Translations under genes and position numbers: made by a program | Source of the DNA: an uncultured Chloroflexia bacterium | Lineage (GTDB): Bacteria; Chloroflexota; Chloroflexia; QHBQ01; JADMIH01 | Assembly (NCBI GenBank): GCA_963797095.1 | Contig: CAWCNY010000004.1 | Location: 192,001-256,000, forward strand | Length of the DNA: 64,000 nt | Direction: 5' to 3' | Shown: piece by piece, positions 10,239-21,012 of the stretch | Position numbering within the stretch: the stretch's first letter is position 1 | Layout: each line of letters begins with the position of its first letter | Notes under the pieces: generated by a model | Database searches by the model: none | The model's input: only the letters and a program-made list of their open reading frames with translations | What the model was told of the DNA's origin: nothing

Positions 10239-11756
10239 ATGGAAACTAAAGAAGCGCCTACTTATGCGCATGATCTGGTTCGTAATTACATAGGCGGCAA
10301 ATGGGTTGAAGGCTCATCGGGAAAGACTTTCGAGAGCAGGAACCCGGCCACCGGGGAGTTGTTGGGCGTACTGACCATTTCTGATGCTTCAGACGTAAAC
10401 AAGGCGGTGGAAGCGGCGGCCAGAGCATTCAAGAGCTGGCGGCTAATGCCCGCGCCCAGGCGAGGTGAAATCCTATTCAAAGCGGGCCAACTGTTGATCG
10501 ACCGGAAAGAGGATCTGGCACGTCTGATGACCCAGGAGATGGGCAAGGTACTGGCCGAGGCACGCGGTGATGTGCAAGAAGCGATAGATATGACCTTCTA
10601 TATGGCGGGAGAAGGGCGCAGGATGATGGGCGAAACCGTCCCATCGGAATTGCCGAATAAATTCGCCATGTCGGTGCGCGATCCTATTGGGGTGGTGGGC
10701 GCAATTACGCCCTGGAACTTCCCCATTGCTATTCCGTCCTGGAAATTGATGCCTGCATTGATCGCAGGTAATACGGTTGTGTTTAAGCCCGCATCAGACA
10801 CGCCTCTACTCGCCCTGGAACTGGTGAAGATCCTGGAAGAGGCAGGTTTGCCGGAGGGCGTGGTAAACGTGGTGCTTGGGCCAGGCGGAACCGTTGGTGA
10901 GGCGATAATCGAGAATCCGACCGTGAAGTTGATCTCGTTCACAGGTTCCACAGCGGCTGGGCAACAGGTTGCCATGCAGGGCGCGAAGACGCTAAAACAG
11001 ATATCGCTGGAAATGGGAGGAAAGAATGCGATAATTGTGCTTGATGACGCCAACCTGGACCTTGCGGTGGAAGGGATATTGTGGAGCGCATTCGGCACCA
11101 CGGGGCAGCGCTGCACAGCGGCATCGCGTGTAATAGTGCAACGTGGCATCCAGCAAGCGCTTCAGGACAGATTGGTGAGCAGGATTTAGAAGTTCCGGCT
11201 CGGCAACGGACTTGAGGCCACTACCGACATCGGGCCCGTGGTGAACCGCTCGCAGCTAAAGCGTATTGACGAGATGGTGCAGGAAGGGATTCGAGGTGGA
11301 AGCGAGCTTGTAATCGGTGGGGAGATAGCCGACGACGGAGCACTGTCGAAGGGCGCGTTCTACAAACCTACGCTGTTCACGAACATGAAGAGCGGCGACT
11401 ATCTTGCCCAGGAGGAGATATTCGGGCCGGTAACAACATTGATCCCCGTGGACACGCCAGACGAAGCCATCCAGGTGAATAACGAGACCAAGTATGGCCT
11501 TTCGTCATCGATCTTCACTGATAATGTGAACAACGCTTTCAAGGCCATGCGCGACATCACCACCGGCATCGTGTACGTAAACGCCGGGACAATTGGCGCT
11601 GAGATTCAACTGCCGTTCGGCGGCACACGGGGCACCGGCAACGGCCACCGCGAGGCTGGTCAGGCCGGACTTGACGTCTTCACTGAATGGAAGACGTTGT
11701 ATATTGATTTCAGTGGTAGATTGCAGCGGGCGCAGATGGATACAGAAGAGATCTAG
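10239..11756 (+). pseudogene. aldehyde dehydrogenase with one in-frame TAG at 11187-11189
   Basis: ITPWNFP, FTGST, LEMGGKN and GQRCTA before the stop; EEIFGPV and PFGG after it in the same frame (11238-10239 = 999). Confidence 0.85.
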
Positions 11757-11783
11757 TCCTCAGAGGCAAACTGGCAGGGCAAT

Positions 11784-11813
11784 GGGACGAAAGCGGTTTC
11801 GCTTTCGTCCTTT
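11784..11813 (+). terminator. probable intrinsic terminator after ALDH
   Basis: GGACGAAAGCG-gttt-CGCTTTCGTCC hairpin followed by TTTG. Confidence 0.6.
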
Positions 11814-11966
11814 GCTTATTGCGCTGGCGCAATTCTCATGATGGGATATTGTGCTATACTAGGGGGTAGCGGTGTTTTCGTACGCGCCCAGGAAAGAAAC
11901 GGTGAGGACACAGTCAAGAGTTAATCGCCGCCTATTGTAGTACAGAGGAGTACAGAGGAGGGAGCA

Positions 11967-12290
11967 GTGACACGGAACGCCGGTGAGCAAGATACAGCAA
12001 CGCCCGGATCTCCTGAAGAGCAGGAAGATTATGTCCGTGAGGAGTTAGATCAGGAGTATATCACCCACCAGGGCGACTATCGCGGGCCAAAACCCTCGCA
12101 GACATCGGCCGAGCAGCGATCCAGGCATCTTGGAGCAACAGACGACGAGGTCGTGCCGATAATCCCGCCGATGTCTGGCCCCGCAGACCTGGTTGGAGAG
12201 CACGATATTGATGCTCAGGGCAACGAGACAGGTGACACCGAGGTGGGTGAAGAGATGATCGACCCACGGGACGAGTTGACACCGGGGTAA
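11967..12290 (+). CDS. small acidic hypothetical protein
   Basis: GTG start after GAGGAGGGAG; 107 aa, D/E-rich. Confidence 0.6.
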   Translation: MTRNAGEQDTATPGSPEEQEDYVREELDQEYITHQGDYRGPKPSQTSAEQRSRHLGATDDEVVPIIPPMSGPADLVGEHDIDAQGNETGDTEVGEEMIDPRDELTPG

Positions 12291-12367
12291 TTTGGAGCGT
12301 ATTTCAGAGTAGAGAAGAGGCCGGGCAGCAGATCAAGTCAACGTAAGACAAAGAGGAGTACGAAACT

Positions 12368-14203
12368 ATGAGCACGATGGACGTGCTGGAACGACCGTCG
12401 GACCAGGGAATGCCTGACCGGCCAGAGGTCGTGAACGATTTTTCGATTGTGGTAGCGACGGTAAACGGATCGGGAAGCCAGACTGCGAACGGCTTGCTGG
12501 CACGGGCGGCCTTCAAGATGGGGGTGCCGGTGAGTGCCAAGAACCTATTCCCCTCGAACATCTCCGGCCTGCCGACGTGGTATACCATCCGGCTCAGTAA
12601 GGATGGGTATGTAGCGCGACGGGAGGAGGCCGAGATCCTCGTAGCTTTCAATCCGGCTACAGCAGAGGAGGACCTCGCCAATCTGCCACCGGGGGGTGTG
12701 TGCGTCTATCCCGACGATTACAAGTGGCAGACAACCAGAGATGACGTGATCATGTATGGCATGCCCGCCAAAGAGATCATGAAGCAAACCGAGATAGATC
12801 CGAAGCTGAGAGATCATGTTCGCAATATGGTTTATGTTGGTGCGCTGGCTTATTTGCTTGGAATCGATGTTGAAGAGTTGCGGGAAGGTTTGCTGCATCA
12901 CTTCAAAGGGAAGCAGAAGCCGGTAGACATGAACATGAATGTTGTGCGCATGACCCTGGATTGGGCCAAGGAAAACATTGTCAAATCGGACCCGTACAGG
13001 ATCGAGCATATGGACAAGACTTCGGGCCTGGTCATGATCGACGGCAACACGGCAGGGGCGCTAGGCGCGATTTTCGGCGGAGTAACTTTTGCATCGTGGT
13101 ATCCAATCACCCCTTCAACAAGCCTGATCGATGCGTTGAACGAGTATTTGCCCAGCCTGCGCCCGTCAAAGGAGGGCAAAGTTGATTATGCTGTGGTGCA
13201 GGCAGAGGATGAGCTGGCGGCCATAGGGATGGTCATGGGAGCGGGATGGGCCGGCGCACGCGCAATGACAGCTACTTCAGGGCCGGGTATCTCGTTGATG
13301 ACGGAGTTCGCGGGAATGGGTTATTTTGCGGAGATTCCCGGCGTGATCTGGGATATTCAGCGTGTTGGGCCATCGACAGGCTTGCCAACCCGCACCTCGC
13401 AAGCGGACATCTTATCGGTCTATTTCCTGGGGCACGGTGATACACGGCAGGTGGTGTTGCTTCCGGGCAACATGAAGGAGTGCTTCGAGTTTGGATGGCG
13501 AGCGTTTGACCTGGCGGAGCGCTTGCAGACGCCTGTGTTCGTGCTGAGTGACCTGGACCTGGGGATGAACAACTGGATGACGGAGCCGTTCGAGTATCCA
13601 GACGAGCCGATGGACAGGGGGAAGATCCTGACCAAGCAAGACCTAGACCAACTGGGTGAGTTCGCACGATACAAGGACATCGATGGTGATGGGATTACTT
13701 ACCGGACGCTACCGGGGAACGAGAATCCAATGTCGGCGTATTTTACGCGAGGCACGGGGCACAACGAGCAGGCGGTGTACAGCGAGCGTCCGGACGACTG
13801 GGAGAATAATCTGAAGCGGCTGGAGATGAAGCATGAGACGGCGCGCACGCTGGTGCCAAAGCCTGTGGTGGATGTTAGAGAGGGTGCGGAGATTGGGATT
13901 ATCGCTTATGGCTCGACGGCTGACGCTATTGAGGAGGCTCGCGACGAGTTGAGAGCGCAGGGGATCGAGACGAGCTCTATTCGTGTTCGTGCGCTGCCGC
14001 TGGAGGAGGAACTGAGGGAGTTTATTATGAAGCATGCACGGCTCTACGTGGTTGAGTTGAGCCAGGAGGCGCAGTTGAGGTCGCTTATTCGGCTGCACGT
14101 GCCTGAAAGGGCAGGAGAATTGCGGTCGGTGGCGCACCTGGATGGGCTGCCTATGACGGCGAGCTTTGTGCGCAATGGTTTGCTGGAAGAGGAGAAGCGA
14201 TAA
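12368..14203 (+). CDS. korA: 2-oxoacid:ferredoxin oxidoreductase alpha subunit
   Basis: NGSGSQ, WYPITPST, QAEDELAA, TATSGPG and QRVGPSTGLPT motifs. Confidence 0.93.
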   Translation: MSTMDVLERPSDQGMPDRPEVVNDFSIVVATVNGSGSQTANGLLARAAFKMGVPVSAKNLFPSNISGLPTWYTIRLSKDGYVARREEAEILVAFNPATAEEDLANLPPGGVCVYPDDYKWQTTRDDVIMYGMPAKEIMKQTEIDPKLRDHVRNMVYVGALAYLLGIDVEELREGLLHHFKGKQKPVDMNMNVVRMTLDWAKENIVKSDPYRIEHMDKTSGLVMIDGNTAGALGAIFGGVTFASWYPITPSTSLIDALNEYLPSLRPSKEGKVDYAVVQAEDELAAIGMVMGAGWAGARAMTATSGPGISLMTEFAGMGYFAEIPGVIWDIQRVGPSTGLPTRTSQADILSVYFLGHGDTRQVVLLPGNMKECFEFGWRAFDLAERLQTPVFVLSDLDLGMNNWMTEPFEYPDEPMDRGKILTKQDLDQLGEFARYKDIDGDGITYRTLPGNENPMSAYFTRGTGHNEQAVYSERPDDWENNLKRLEMKHETARTLVPKPVVDVREGAEIGIIAYGSTADAIEEARDELRAQGIETSSIRVRALPLEEELREFIMKHARLYVVELSQEAQLRSLIRLHVPERAGELRSVAHLDGLPMTASFVRNGLLEEEKR

Positions 14204-15249
14204 TGGTTGCAACTGGAACGGAACCGCGACGGGATAGGCTTAACCTGGTGGGGCTTGAGAAGGGGGACTACAGGGGGCGGCCCTCGACGCTGTGCTCGGG
14301 GTGCGGGCACGATTCGATCTCTAGCCAGATTATTAGTGTGGCATGGGAGTTGTCGCTGCCGCCCTATAAGGTGATTAAGATGAGCGGGATCGGGTGTTCA
14401 TCGAAGTCGCCGGCGTATTTTTTGAATAGATCGCATGGGTTTAATGCGCTGCACGGGCGTATGCCTTCGGTGGTGACGGGGGCGAGTATTGTGAACAGGG
14501 GGCTGCGGGCTATTGCGGTTTCGGGGGATGGGGATACGGGATCGATCGGGATCGGGCAGTTTAAGCATTTGTTACGGCGGAACGTGCCGATGGTGTACAT
14601 TATTGAGAATAATGGGGTGTACGGGCTGACGAAGGGGCAGTTTTCGGCGACGGCTGATGTGGGGCAGAAGCTGAAGTATGCGGGGACGAATGAACTGCCG
14701 CCGATTGATCTGTGTGTTGAGGCGATGGCGGCGGGTTGTGGGTTTGTGGCGCGGTCGTTTTCGGGGGATGCGAAGCAGGTGCGGGAGCTGCTGAAGGCGG
14801 CGATGAGTTTTGAGGGGACGGCTGTGATTGATATTATTAGCCCGTGCGTTACGTTTAACAACCACGAGGAGTCAACGAAGAGTTATCCATATGGGAAGGC
14901 GAACGAGGAGCCGTTGCACGATATCAGTTTTGTGCCGAAGTACGAGGAGATTGAGGTGGATTATGGGGAGGGGGAGGAGATAAGTGTTAGGATGCACGAT
15001 GGGCCTGTGATCAGGCTGAGGAAGCTTGAGCGTGAGTACGACCCGAGGGAGAGGTTTGGGGCGATGAGGATGCTGATGGAGGCGGAGGCGAAGGGGGAGT
15101 TTATTACAGGGTTGATTTATTTCAACGAGGGGAGAGGGACGATGCAGGATGTGTTGGAGCTGGACGAGAGGCCGTTGGTGGAGATGCCGGAAAGCAGGGT
15201 ACGACCGCCGAAGGAAGCGCTTGACAGGGTGATGGCCGGTTTGGCGTAA
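14203..15249 (+). CDS. korB: 2-oxoacid:ferredoxin oxidoreductase beta subunit
   Basis: CSGCGH, SGIGCSSK, HGR, TPP motif GDGD...NNGVYGLTKGQ, SPCVTFN; TAATG coupling with the alpha gene. Confidence 0.93.
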   Translation: MVATGTEPRRDRLNLVGLEKGDYRGRPSTLCSGCGHDSISSQIISVAWELSLPPYKVIKMSGIGCSSKSPAYFLNRSHGFNALHGRMPSVVTGASIVNRGLRAIAVSGDGDTGSIGIGQFKHLLRRNVPMVYIIENNGVYGLTKGQFSATADVGQKLKYAGTNELPPIDLCVEAMAAGCGFVARSFSGDAKQVRELLKAAMSFEGTAVIDIISPCVTFNNHEESTKSYPYGKANEEPLHDISFVPKYEEIEVDYGEGEEISVRMHDGPVIRLRKLEREYDPRERFGAMRMLMEAEAKGEFITGLIYFNEGRGTMQDVLELDERPLVEMPESRVRPPKEALDRVMAGLA

Positions 15250-15268
15250 GAGACAAGGATGTTGGGCG

Positions 15269-15305
15269 AAAGACGAAGGGCTAGGTTCCTTCGTCTTTTG
15301 CTTTT
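15269..15305 (+). terminator. intrinsic terminator after korB
   Basis: AAAGACGAAGG / CCTTCGTCTTT stem followed by TGCTTTT. Confidence 0.65.
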
Positions 15306-15321
15306 CATGTATATTGAGATA

Positions 15322-15762
15322 ATGGAAAAGGCTAAGTACCGAGCATACCTGTGTTGCGGGCCGAACTGCGGACCGAAAGGAGCATCGGCGCTAATTGACT
15401 TCCTGGAGGCGGAGCTTGCCCTGCGTGGATTGGAAGAGGTAGTAAGCGTGGCGGCGACAGGGTGCCAGGCACATTGCGAGAGCGGACCAACTATGGTGGT
15501 GTACCCTGGGCCGGTGTATTACCAGGAGATCGACCGGGTACGGCTGGTTCGCATTATTGAAGAGCACCTTGTGTTGGGCGGGCCGGTCAAGGAGTATTTC
15601 TGGAGTGGGGTGCGTAAGAGGATTTTGCCCGACGGAAGGGTTATTATCCCCAAGCGTGTAATCATGCCCGAGGATGGTGATGCGTTGCCCAGCGCTGAGC
15701 AGGTCATACGGAAGCGCAAGGCAAAGAAGCCGCCACCGGAAGTTGACGATTTCAAGTGGTAG
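15322..15762 (+). CDS. thioredoxin-like [2Fe-2S] ferredoxin
   Basis: CCGPNC ... TGCQAHCESGPTMVVYP ... IIEEHL pattern. Confidence 0.85.
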   Translation: MEKAKYRAYLCCGPNCGPKGASALIDFLEAELALRGLEEVVSVAATGCQAHCESGPTMVVYPGPVYYQEIDRVRLVRIIEEHLVLGGPVKEYFWSGVRKRILPDGRVIIPKRVIMPEDGDALPSAEQVIRKRKAKKPPPEVDDFKW

Positions 15763-16792
15763 CAGGCTCGACTAGCTCGACCTTACGCCTTGGATGGTGC
15801 GCAACGGATAGAGGGCGAGCAATTCTGGTGAAAAGGAGCATTGCGAGCAGTGCTAGCAGGTGCTGGTAGGTCAATTGAAGGTAGTAACCGGCGAAGGGCA
15901 AGAGTAGCATACCCAGCCCGACGTTGGCATCGCCGAAGGGGAAGTGGCCGTTTGCAGATCTTGCAAAACAGGTCAGGAGAGTGTAAAGGTAGAGGGCGAG
16001 GGAGATTGCATAGAGGGGCCAGGGAAGGTAGAGGGTAAAGCCGACAGACCAGATTGAGAAGACTCCGGTAAAGCCCTGATTTGCGATAATGTCGGCGATA
16101 TTGCCCGCCGAGAATAAGAGGGCGACAGTCAGGGGGGCGATCCAGCGCCTGGTGCTGCGCCAGCCTGTGCCAGGCAGGGCAATTGCTAAAAAGAGCGCAA
16201 TCGGGACCAGGACGGCGGCAAGCTCACCGAATTGGAGGGCGTCGACGGGATTGTCGAGGAGGGTACCGGTGCCTGGTACACCACGGATCGAGAGTAAGAT
16301 CGCCCAGTACCAACCTGTGTAGGCCAGCGCAAGAAGTAGAACCGAGGCACGAGCCGCCCAGGAGACGGGCCTGACTATGAAGCGAATCGCCAGCCACCAG
16401 ATAGCGATGGCCGAGAATAGGTTAAAGGTTACGTTCAGCCAGTCTTGATCGCCGGAGAGGACAAGAAGGGTAAGGAGAGTGTAGGCGAGGGCAAAGATGG
16501 CAAAGACAGAGAGGTAGATAGCCAGCGCCAGATCCGAGACGCGCCGCCAGTGATAAGCTCGCTCGCCAAATTGAAGGGCTGAGATGACGAGGAGGGCTAC
16601 GGCGAGCAGGAAGGCGGTCGAGAGGAGGAAGAAGCCTATACGCCCAAGAGTTTCGATTATGGTGCGGGCGATGCCTTCAATAGGGGGAGCCGCCGCAAGA
16701 CGCGAAACTACTCTACCAAGCAGCCATTCCAGCCCGCCGACCAGCATAACTCCGATTGCCAGGAAGCGAGCAAGCCACGCACGCTCATCCAT
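15752..16792 (-). CDS. multi-pass membrane protein
   Basis: 346 aa with ~9-10 hydrophobic segments; overlaps the upstream ORF. Confidence 0.75.
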   Translation of the reverse strand: MDERAWLARFLAIGVMLVGGLEWLLGRVVSRLAAAPPIEGIARTIIETLGRIGFFLLSTAFLLAVALLVISALQFGERAYHWRRVSDLALAIYLSVFAIFALAYTLLTLLVLSGDQDWLNVTFNLFSAIAIWWLAIRFIVRPVSWAARASVLLLALAYTGWYWAILLSIRGVPGTGTLLDNPVDALQFGELAAVLVPIALFLAIALPGTGWRSTRRWIAPLTVALLFSAGNIADIIANQGFTGVFSIWSVGFTLYLPWPLYAISLALYLYTLLTCFARSANGHFPFGDANVGLGMLLLPFAGYYLQLTYQHLLALLAMLLFTRIARPLSVAHHPRRKVELVEPATT

Positions 16793-17162
16793 TGAGCGCA
16801 GTGTCCACCGCCCGCTCTGAGAGGCCCCAGATGAAGATCATTCCCAGGCCGTAAAGCATTGACTCGCGCACCGTGTTGCTGCCCCTGGTGATGGCAAAGA
16901 TCCCAGGGATGGTGAGGACGATTGAGATGCCGTAGAGGAGGTGCAACCAGCCGCGAGCAGGCTGAAGGCCGGCCAGGACGAGCACCATGCCCACTATCCC
17001 TTGCAAAATGAAGAGGCCCACACCGATAGCCAGAGCGCCATTGTAGTTACCATCCGGAGGTTGACGCCGCAGAAAATTGAACAGCCCCCAGGCACCTACC
17101 AAAAGGGCATAGATAGCGATCATGTTCGAGAATGTCCGGTGAATATCAATGAGCCACTGCAT
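16785..17162 (-). CDS. small 4-TM membrane protein
   Basis: four hydrophobic segments; WLHLLYG motif. Confidence 0.75.
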   Translation of the reverse strand: MQWLIDIHRTFSNMIAIYALLVGAWGLFNFLRRQPPDGNYNGALAIGVGLFILQGIVGMVLVLAGLQPARGWLHLLYGISIVLTIPGIFAITRGSNTVRESMLYGLGMIFIWGLSERAVDTALNG

Positions 17163-17270
17163 CTACCACAATCTACCACAGGGCCCTGGGGCTGTCAATG
17201 AGATTGTGATTAAATTTGCACAGTCTTCCACTTGCAGTATAATGTGATATGGGGAGTTGAGGAGTGTGCG

Positions 17271-19193
17271 ATGAAAATTGACCGCGCTGCTTTGACGACA
17301 GACCTTCCCGGGGCACAACTTCACCGTTTGGTGCCGAAACGCCTGGCACGTTTGCTCATGCGCGACGGCGCGCCCTCGATTGATGGCCTCGATGTGGCGA
17401 TCAGGGGCTTCGGGGTGGCGATTGTGGTCCTGTGGTCCCTGCTTGGATATGCACGGGCCTCAGAAGCAGCTGCCTGGGAGATGGCCGATCCGTTGTGGGT
17501 AGCACTTGGCCTGATTGTCTACAACCTGGCGGTAATTCTCGCTATCGGGGTGCCGTGGCGCACATCGCCGGGTTTCGGGCTTTTCGCGCTCGACTGGGTA
17601 GTGGCATCGCTGGCGATCCTATTCGCCGGAGGGTTTGTAAGCCCATATATTCTTCTCTACTATGCGTTGATCATTGGTGCATCGCTGAGGGTGGGGCTTT
17701 CTCGTTCTTTGTTGCTTGCCACTGGGTGCTCCCTGGTGTTCCTGGTGATGAGTTTGCTCCACCCGGAGCCTGTGGAAGAGATCCGGATCCCGATCCTGAT
17801 CGTGCAGGTGGCATCGCTGCTGATGGCTATGTTCATGGCGACAGGAATGCGCAGGGCTGTCGAAGTAGAAGTGCATAAAGTTGAATTGGAAGAGCGCGCC
17901 GCGCGGCAACTCCGGCTGTTGAATAACCTGACCAACCGGGTGCTGGCCGGGCCGCCTGATCTGCGAGACATCCTGCGAACAGTGGCAGCGGCTTCGCGTG
18001 AAGCATTGAAGGCAGACAGCGGGCTGGCTGTGCTTCTTAATGCGGCTTCGTTGGCCGATGATACGATGGGCGATGAGCGTGATGAGAACCTTGATATTGT
18101 GGCCGACCAGGACCCCGATCCGCCCGTGCTTTCGGGGCAAGAATGGAGCATTATCAAGAGAGTCACAAAGACGCGAGCGCCTGTAGTGTTGAATGTAGAG
18201 GATGGCCAGGCGACTCCATACGCCGGGCTGGAACGAGGAGGGGCACGCGCCCAGGCAGTAGCATGCGTTCCGTTTGTATTGGACGAACGTGTAATCGGAG
18301 CTTTGTTCGTGGCGCGATTTGAGCCACAGGCATTTACGCAGGCTGATGTTGGATTGCTGCTGGCGATCAGCCAACAAATAGCGGTGGCGACGCGCATGGC
18401 TCGCCTGTATGAAATGGAACGCGAGAAAGCCGCCAGATCTGAAGAGCGAGAACGTCTTGAGCGTGATTTGCTATCTATGGTTTCGCATGAGTTGCGAACT
18501 CCGTTGACCTCAATAAAGACAAGTGTGGGGGCGTTGGCTAGCGTACAACCCCATACAGGAACAGGGCGAGAAAAGGCCGAAGCTGAAACGCGGCTGCTGA
18601 GCAATATCGGGCGGAGCACTGATCGCCTCATCAACCTCGTGAATGAGTTATTGGACATGGCGCGACTGCGAGCGGGCAGGGTCAGCCTTAACCTTCAGGA
18701 ATTGAACATGGGAGATCTGCTGCTTGAGGCCGTATCGAGTCTGCGACCGTTGTTCGAGGAGCGGGGCCAAACTACTCAGATCGATCTGCCGGTGCAAGGC
18801 TCGACGCGCTGGGAGTCGCTGATGGTGCAGGCCGATCGCCGCCGAATCGAGCAGGTTCTCGTCAATTTGCTGTCTAACGCGAATAAATACGGACCGGGAT
18901 CGAGTACGGTGGTGATTGGAGCCACGCAGCGCGGAGGGCAGGTCAGAGTGTTCGTGCGAGATGCAGGCCCGGGTATCGCACCACAAGAGCAAGAGAGGGT
19001 GTTTGACAAGTTCTACAGGGCTGGGGAGGGCATGCATGAGGGCGCAGGATTAGGGCTTGCGATAGCGCGCTCGATTGTAGAATTGCATGGAGGGGAGATA
19101 GGAGTAAACAGCAGACCGGGCACTGGGAGCACGTTCTATTTCACGCTTCCGCATGCTAGCATGGAGAGCATTGATGAAGATACTTGTAATTGA
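17271..19193 (+). CDS. membrane sensor histidine kinase (TM region + GAF + HisKA + HATPase)
   Basis: SHELRTPLTS H-box, NLLSNANKY N-box, DAGPGI G1, GAGLGLAI G2; GAF-like CVPFVLDERVIGAL; GAGGAG RBS. Confidence 0.93.
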   Translation: MKIDRAALTTDLPGAQLHRLVPKRLARLLMRDGAPSIDGLDVAIRGFGVAIVVLWSLLGYARASEAAAWEMADPLWVALGLIVYNLAVILAIGVPWRTSPGFGLFALDWVVASLAILFAGGFVSPYILLYYALIIGASLRVGLSRSLLLATGCSLVFLVMSLLHPEPVEEIRIPILIVQVASLLMAMFMATGMRRAVEVEVHKVELEERAARQLRLLNNLTNRVLAGPPDLRDILRTVAAASREALKADSGLAVLLNAASLADDTMGDERDENLDIVADQDPDPPVLSGQEWSIIKRVTKTRAPVVLNVEDGQATPYAGLERGGARAQAVACVPFVLDERVIGALFVARFEPQAFTQADVGLLLAISQQIAVATRMARLYEMEREKAARSEERERLERDLLSMVSHELRTPLTSIKTSVGALASVQPHTGTGREKAEAETRLLSNIGRSTDRLINLVNELLDMARLRAGRVSLNLQELNMGDLLLEAVSSLRPLFEERGQTTQIDLPVQGSTRWESLMVQADRRRIEQVLVNLLSNANKYGPGSSTVVIGATQRGGQVRVFVRDAGPGIAPQEQERVFDKFYRAGEGMHEGAGLGLAIARSIVELHGGEIGVNSRPGTGSTFYFTLPHASMESIDEDTCN

Positions 19194-19881
19194 CGATGAC
19201 CATGACGTGGTCGAGGCGATCAGCCTGGCGTTCGGCCTGCAGTGGGAAGAGGTAAAAGTAGTGCCTGCCTACTCAGGCGTGGAGGCGCAAATGGCCTTCA
19301 ACAGAGAGAATCCAGACGCGATACTTCTGGATATCGCGCTTCCGGATACTGACGGATTCGAGATACTGAGGTGGATACGCGAGCGCTCGGACGTGCCTGT
19401 GCTGATGATTTCGGCCAGGGGCGAAGAGCTGGACAAGGTGCGTGGCCTGGAGTTGGGAGCGGATGACTATGTGACCAAACCATTCGGGTACCTGGAGCTA
19501 TCGGCGCGGATAAAGGCAGTCATGAGGCGTGCGCAGGCGCTGCCGCCAATGTCTGGCGGGGGTAAGTTTGAGTCGGGCGACCTGGTAATCAATTATTCGA
19601 CACACCAGGTTTTCTTGAAGGGGAACCATGTCAAGTTGACGCCGATTGAGTACAAACTGTTGTACCAATTAACGCGTAACGCAGGGCATGTGCTGATGCA
19701 TGACCACCTGCTGACGAAGATATGGGGGCCGGAATACCTGGGTGAATTGGATTATCTGCGCATTTATGTGCGTCGCCTTCGTGAGAAACTAGAGGCAAAC
19801 CCACAGCAGCCGATACAGATATTAACCGAGCGCGGGTTGGGCTACCGCTTTAATCCCCATCCCGGTGACAATGCAGCCTGA
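19174..19881 (+). CDS. OmpR/PhoB-family response regulator
   Basis: ILVIDDD, LLDIALP, GADDYVTKPF; winged helix LRIYVRRLREKLE...TERGLGYRF. Confidence 0.95.
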   Translation: MKILVIDDDHDVVEAISLAFGLQWEEVKVVPAYSGVEAQMAFNRENPDAILLDIALPDTDGFEILRWIRERSDVPVLMISARGEELDKVRGLELGADDYVTKPFGYLELSARIKAVMRRAQALPPMSGGGKFESGDLVINYSTHQVFLKGNHVKLTPIEYKLLYQLTRNAGHVLMHDHLLTKIWGPEYLGELDYLRIYVRRLREKLEANPQQPIQILTERGLGYRFNPHPGDNAA

Positions 19882-20998
19882 ACCGGTATGGAGGCCCAAT
19901 TGGCGCATCAGGGTAGCTTTGGATACCACGTTTGCGGGTGTGAACCCTACAGGTGTGGGATTCTATTCGAGGCGGCTGGCTACAGAGCTTGAGGCTCACT
20001 CTGCGGAGCTGGGGATTGAGGTACGGTGCTACGGACCTGCCTGCGGAGCGGACGAGGCAAGAGAACGACTTCTGGCGATCAGCCAGGAGTGGCCGGTCAA
20101 TACACACGCGGCTTTACCTCTGCGTTTATTGGGCTACAAACCAAACATCACCCATGCCACTTCGCATATTGGCCCGCTGTGGGGGCCTGGGAAGTTGCTG
20201 GTAACGGTCCACGATCTCATATTCAGGCGATACGCTGAGGATTACAACCCGTTCTGGCTTTTGACCACGCGTGCTACTTTGCCTGGAGTTCTGCGTCGTG
20301 CCCGATTGGTTATTGCCGACTCTCACGCCACCAAGGATGATCTCCAGAGATTTTACGGTGTGCGCCCTGGGAAGGTTGTTGTGGTCTATCCCGGTGTTGA
20401 CAAGATGTCTTGCTTGGAAGTGGGCGCAATAGGCGCGGAGATCAGTGGACCATATATACTCTGCCTGGGTCCCTGGGTACGGCGCAAGAACCTGGAAGTT
20501 GTCGTGAGAGCGTTCGAGCGATTGGCAAGGCGCATACTGGACGTGCAATTGGTGATTACCGGGAGTCAGGCGACCGGCATGAAAGGCTATACGGAGGAGG
20601 AACTGCTCAGACCGCTGCCGGAGGAGTTGCGGTCGCGGGTTCACCTCATGGGATATGTGCCGCGACGTCTATTGAGCTGCTTGCTGACAAGAGCTAGTGT
20701 GTTGGCATACCCTTCACGTTGGGAGGGGTTCGGGTTACCGCCCCTGGAGGCGATGGCAGCGGGGATTCCTGTAGTTGCCAGCAAGACCCCGGCGGTCGAA
20801 GAAGTGACCGCTGGAGCGGCGCGATTCTGTGGGGCAGACGATGTGGGGGAGTGGGCTGCCGCTCTGGAGCAGGTTCTGTCCGACGGGGATTACTCGGCAG
20901 GGCTGGTCGAAAGAGGCTTGCGCCGAAGCGCTGCGTTCACATGGGAGGGGTGTGCACGGAGCATGGCAATGATCTATCACCGGGTGGCAGGTGCGTAA
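19871..20998 (+). CDS. GT4 glycosyltransferase
   Basis: TVHDL, RKNL and YPSRWEGFGLPPLEAMAAG motifs. Confidence 0.9.
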   Translation: MQPEPVWRPNWRIRVALDTTFAGVNPTGVGFYSRRLATELEAHSAELGIEVRCYGPACGADEARERLLAISQEWPVNTHAALPLRLLGYKPNITHATSHIGPLWGPGKLLVTVHDLIFRRYAEDYNPFWLLTTRATLPGVLRRARLVIADSHATKDDLQRFYGVRPGKVVVVYPGVDKMSCLEVGAIGAEISGPYILCLGPWVRRKNLEVVVRAFERLARRILDVQLVITGSQATGMKGYTEEELLRPLPEELRSRVHLMGYVPRRLLSCLLTRASVLAYPSRWEGFGLPPLEAMAAGIPVVASKTPAVEEVTAGAARFCGADDVGEWAAALEQVLSDGDYSAGLVERGLRRSAAFTWEGCARSMAMIYHRVAGA

Positions 20999-21012
20999 AG
21001 TTCAGGCTTCTA

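Noticed and set aside
11187-11189. Pyrrolysine or stop-codon reassignment
   Set aside because: TAG terminates many clearly complete genes here (pgsA, lepA, maf), the position is non-catalytic, and no pyl genes are in the window.
17204-17222. TGTGA...GCACA as a CRP/Rex site upstream of the kinase
   Set aside because: Half-site spacing is 8 bp rather than 6, and the second half-site is imperfect.
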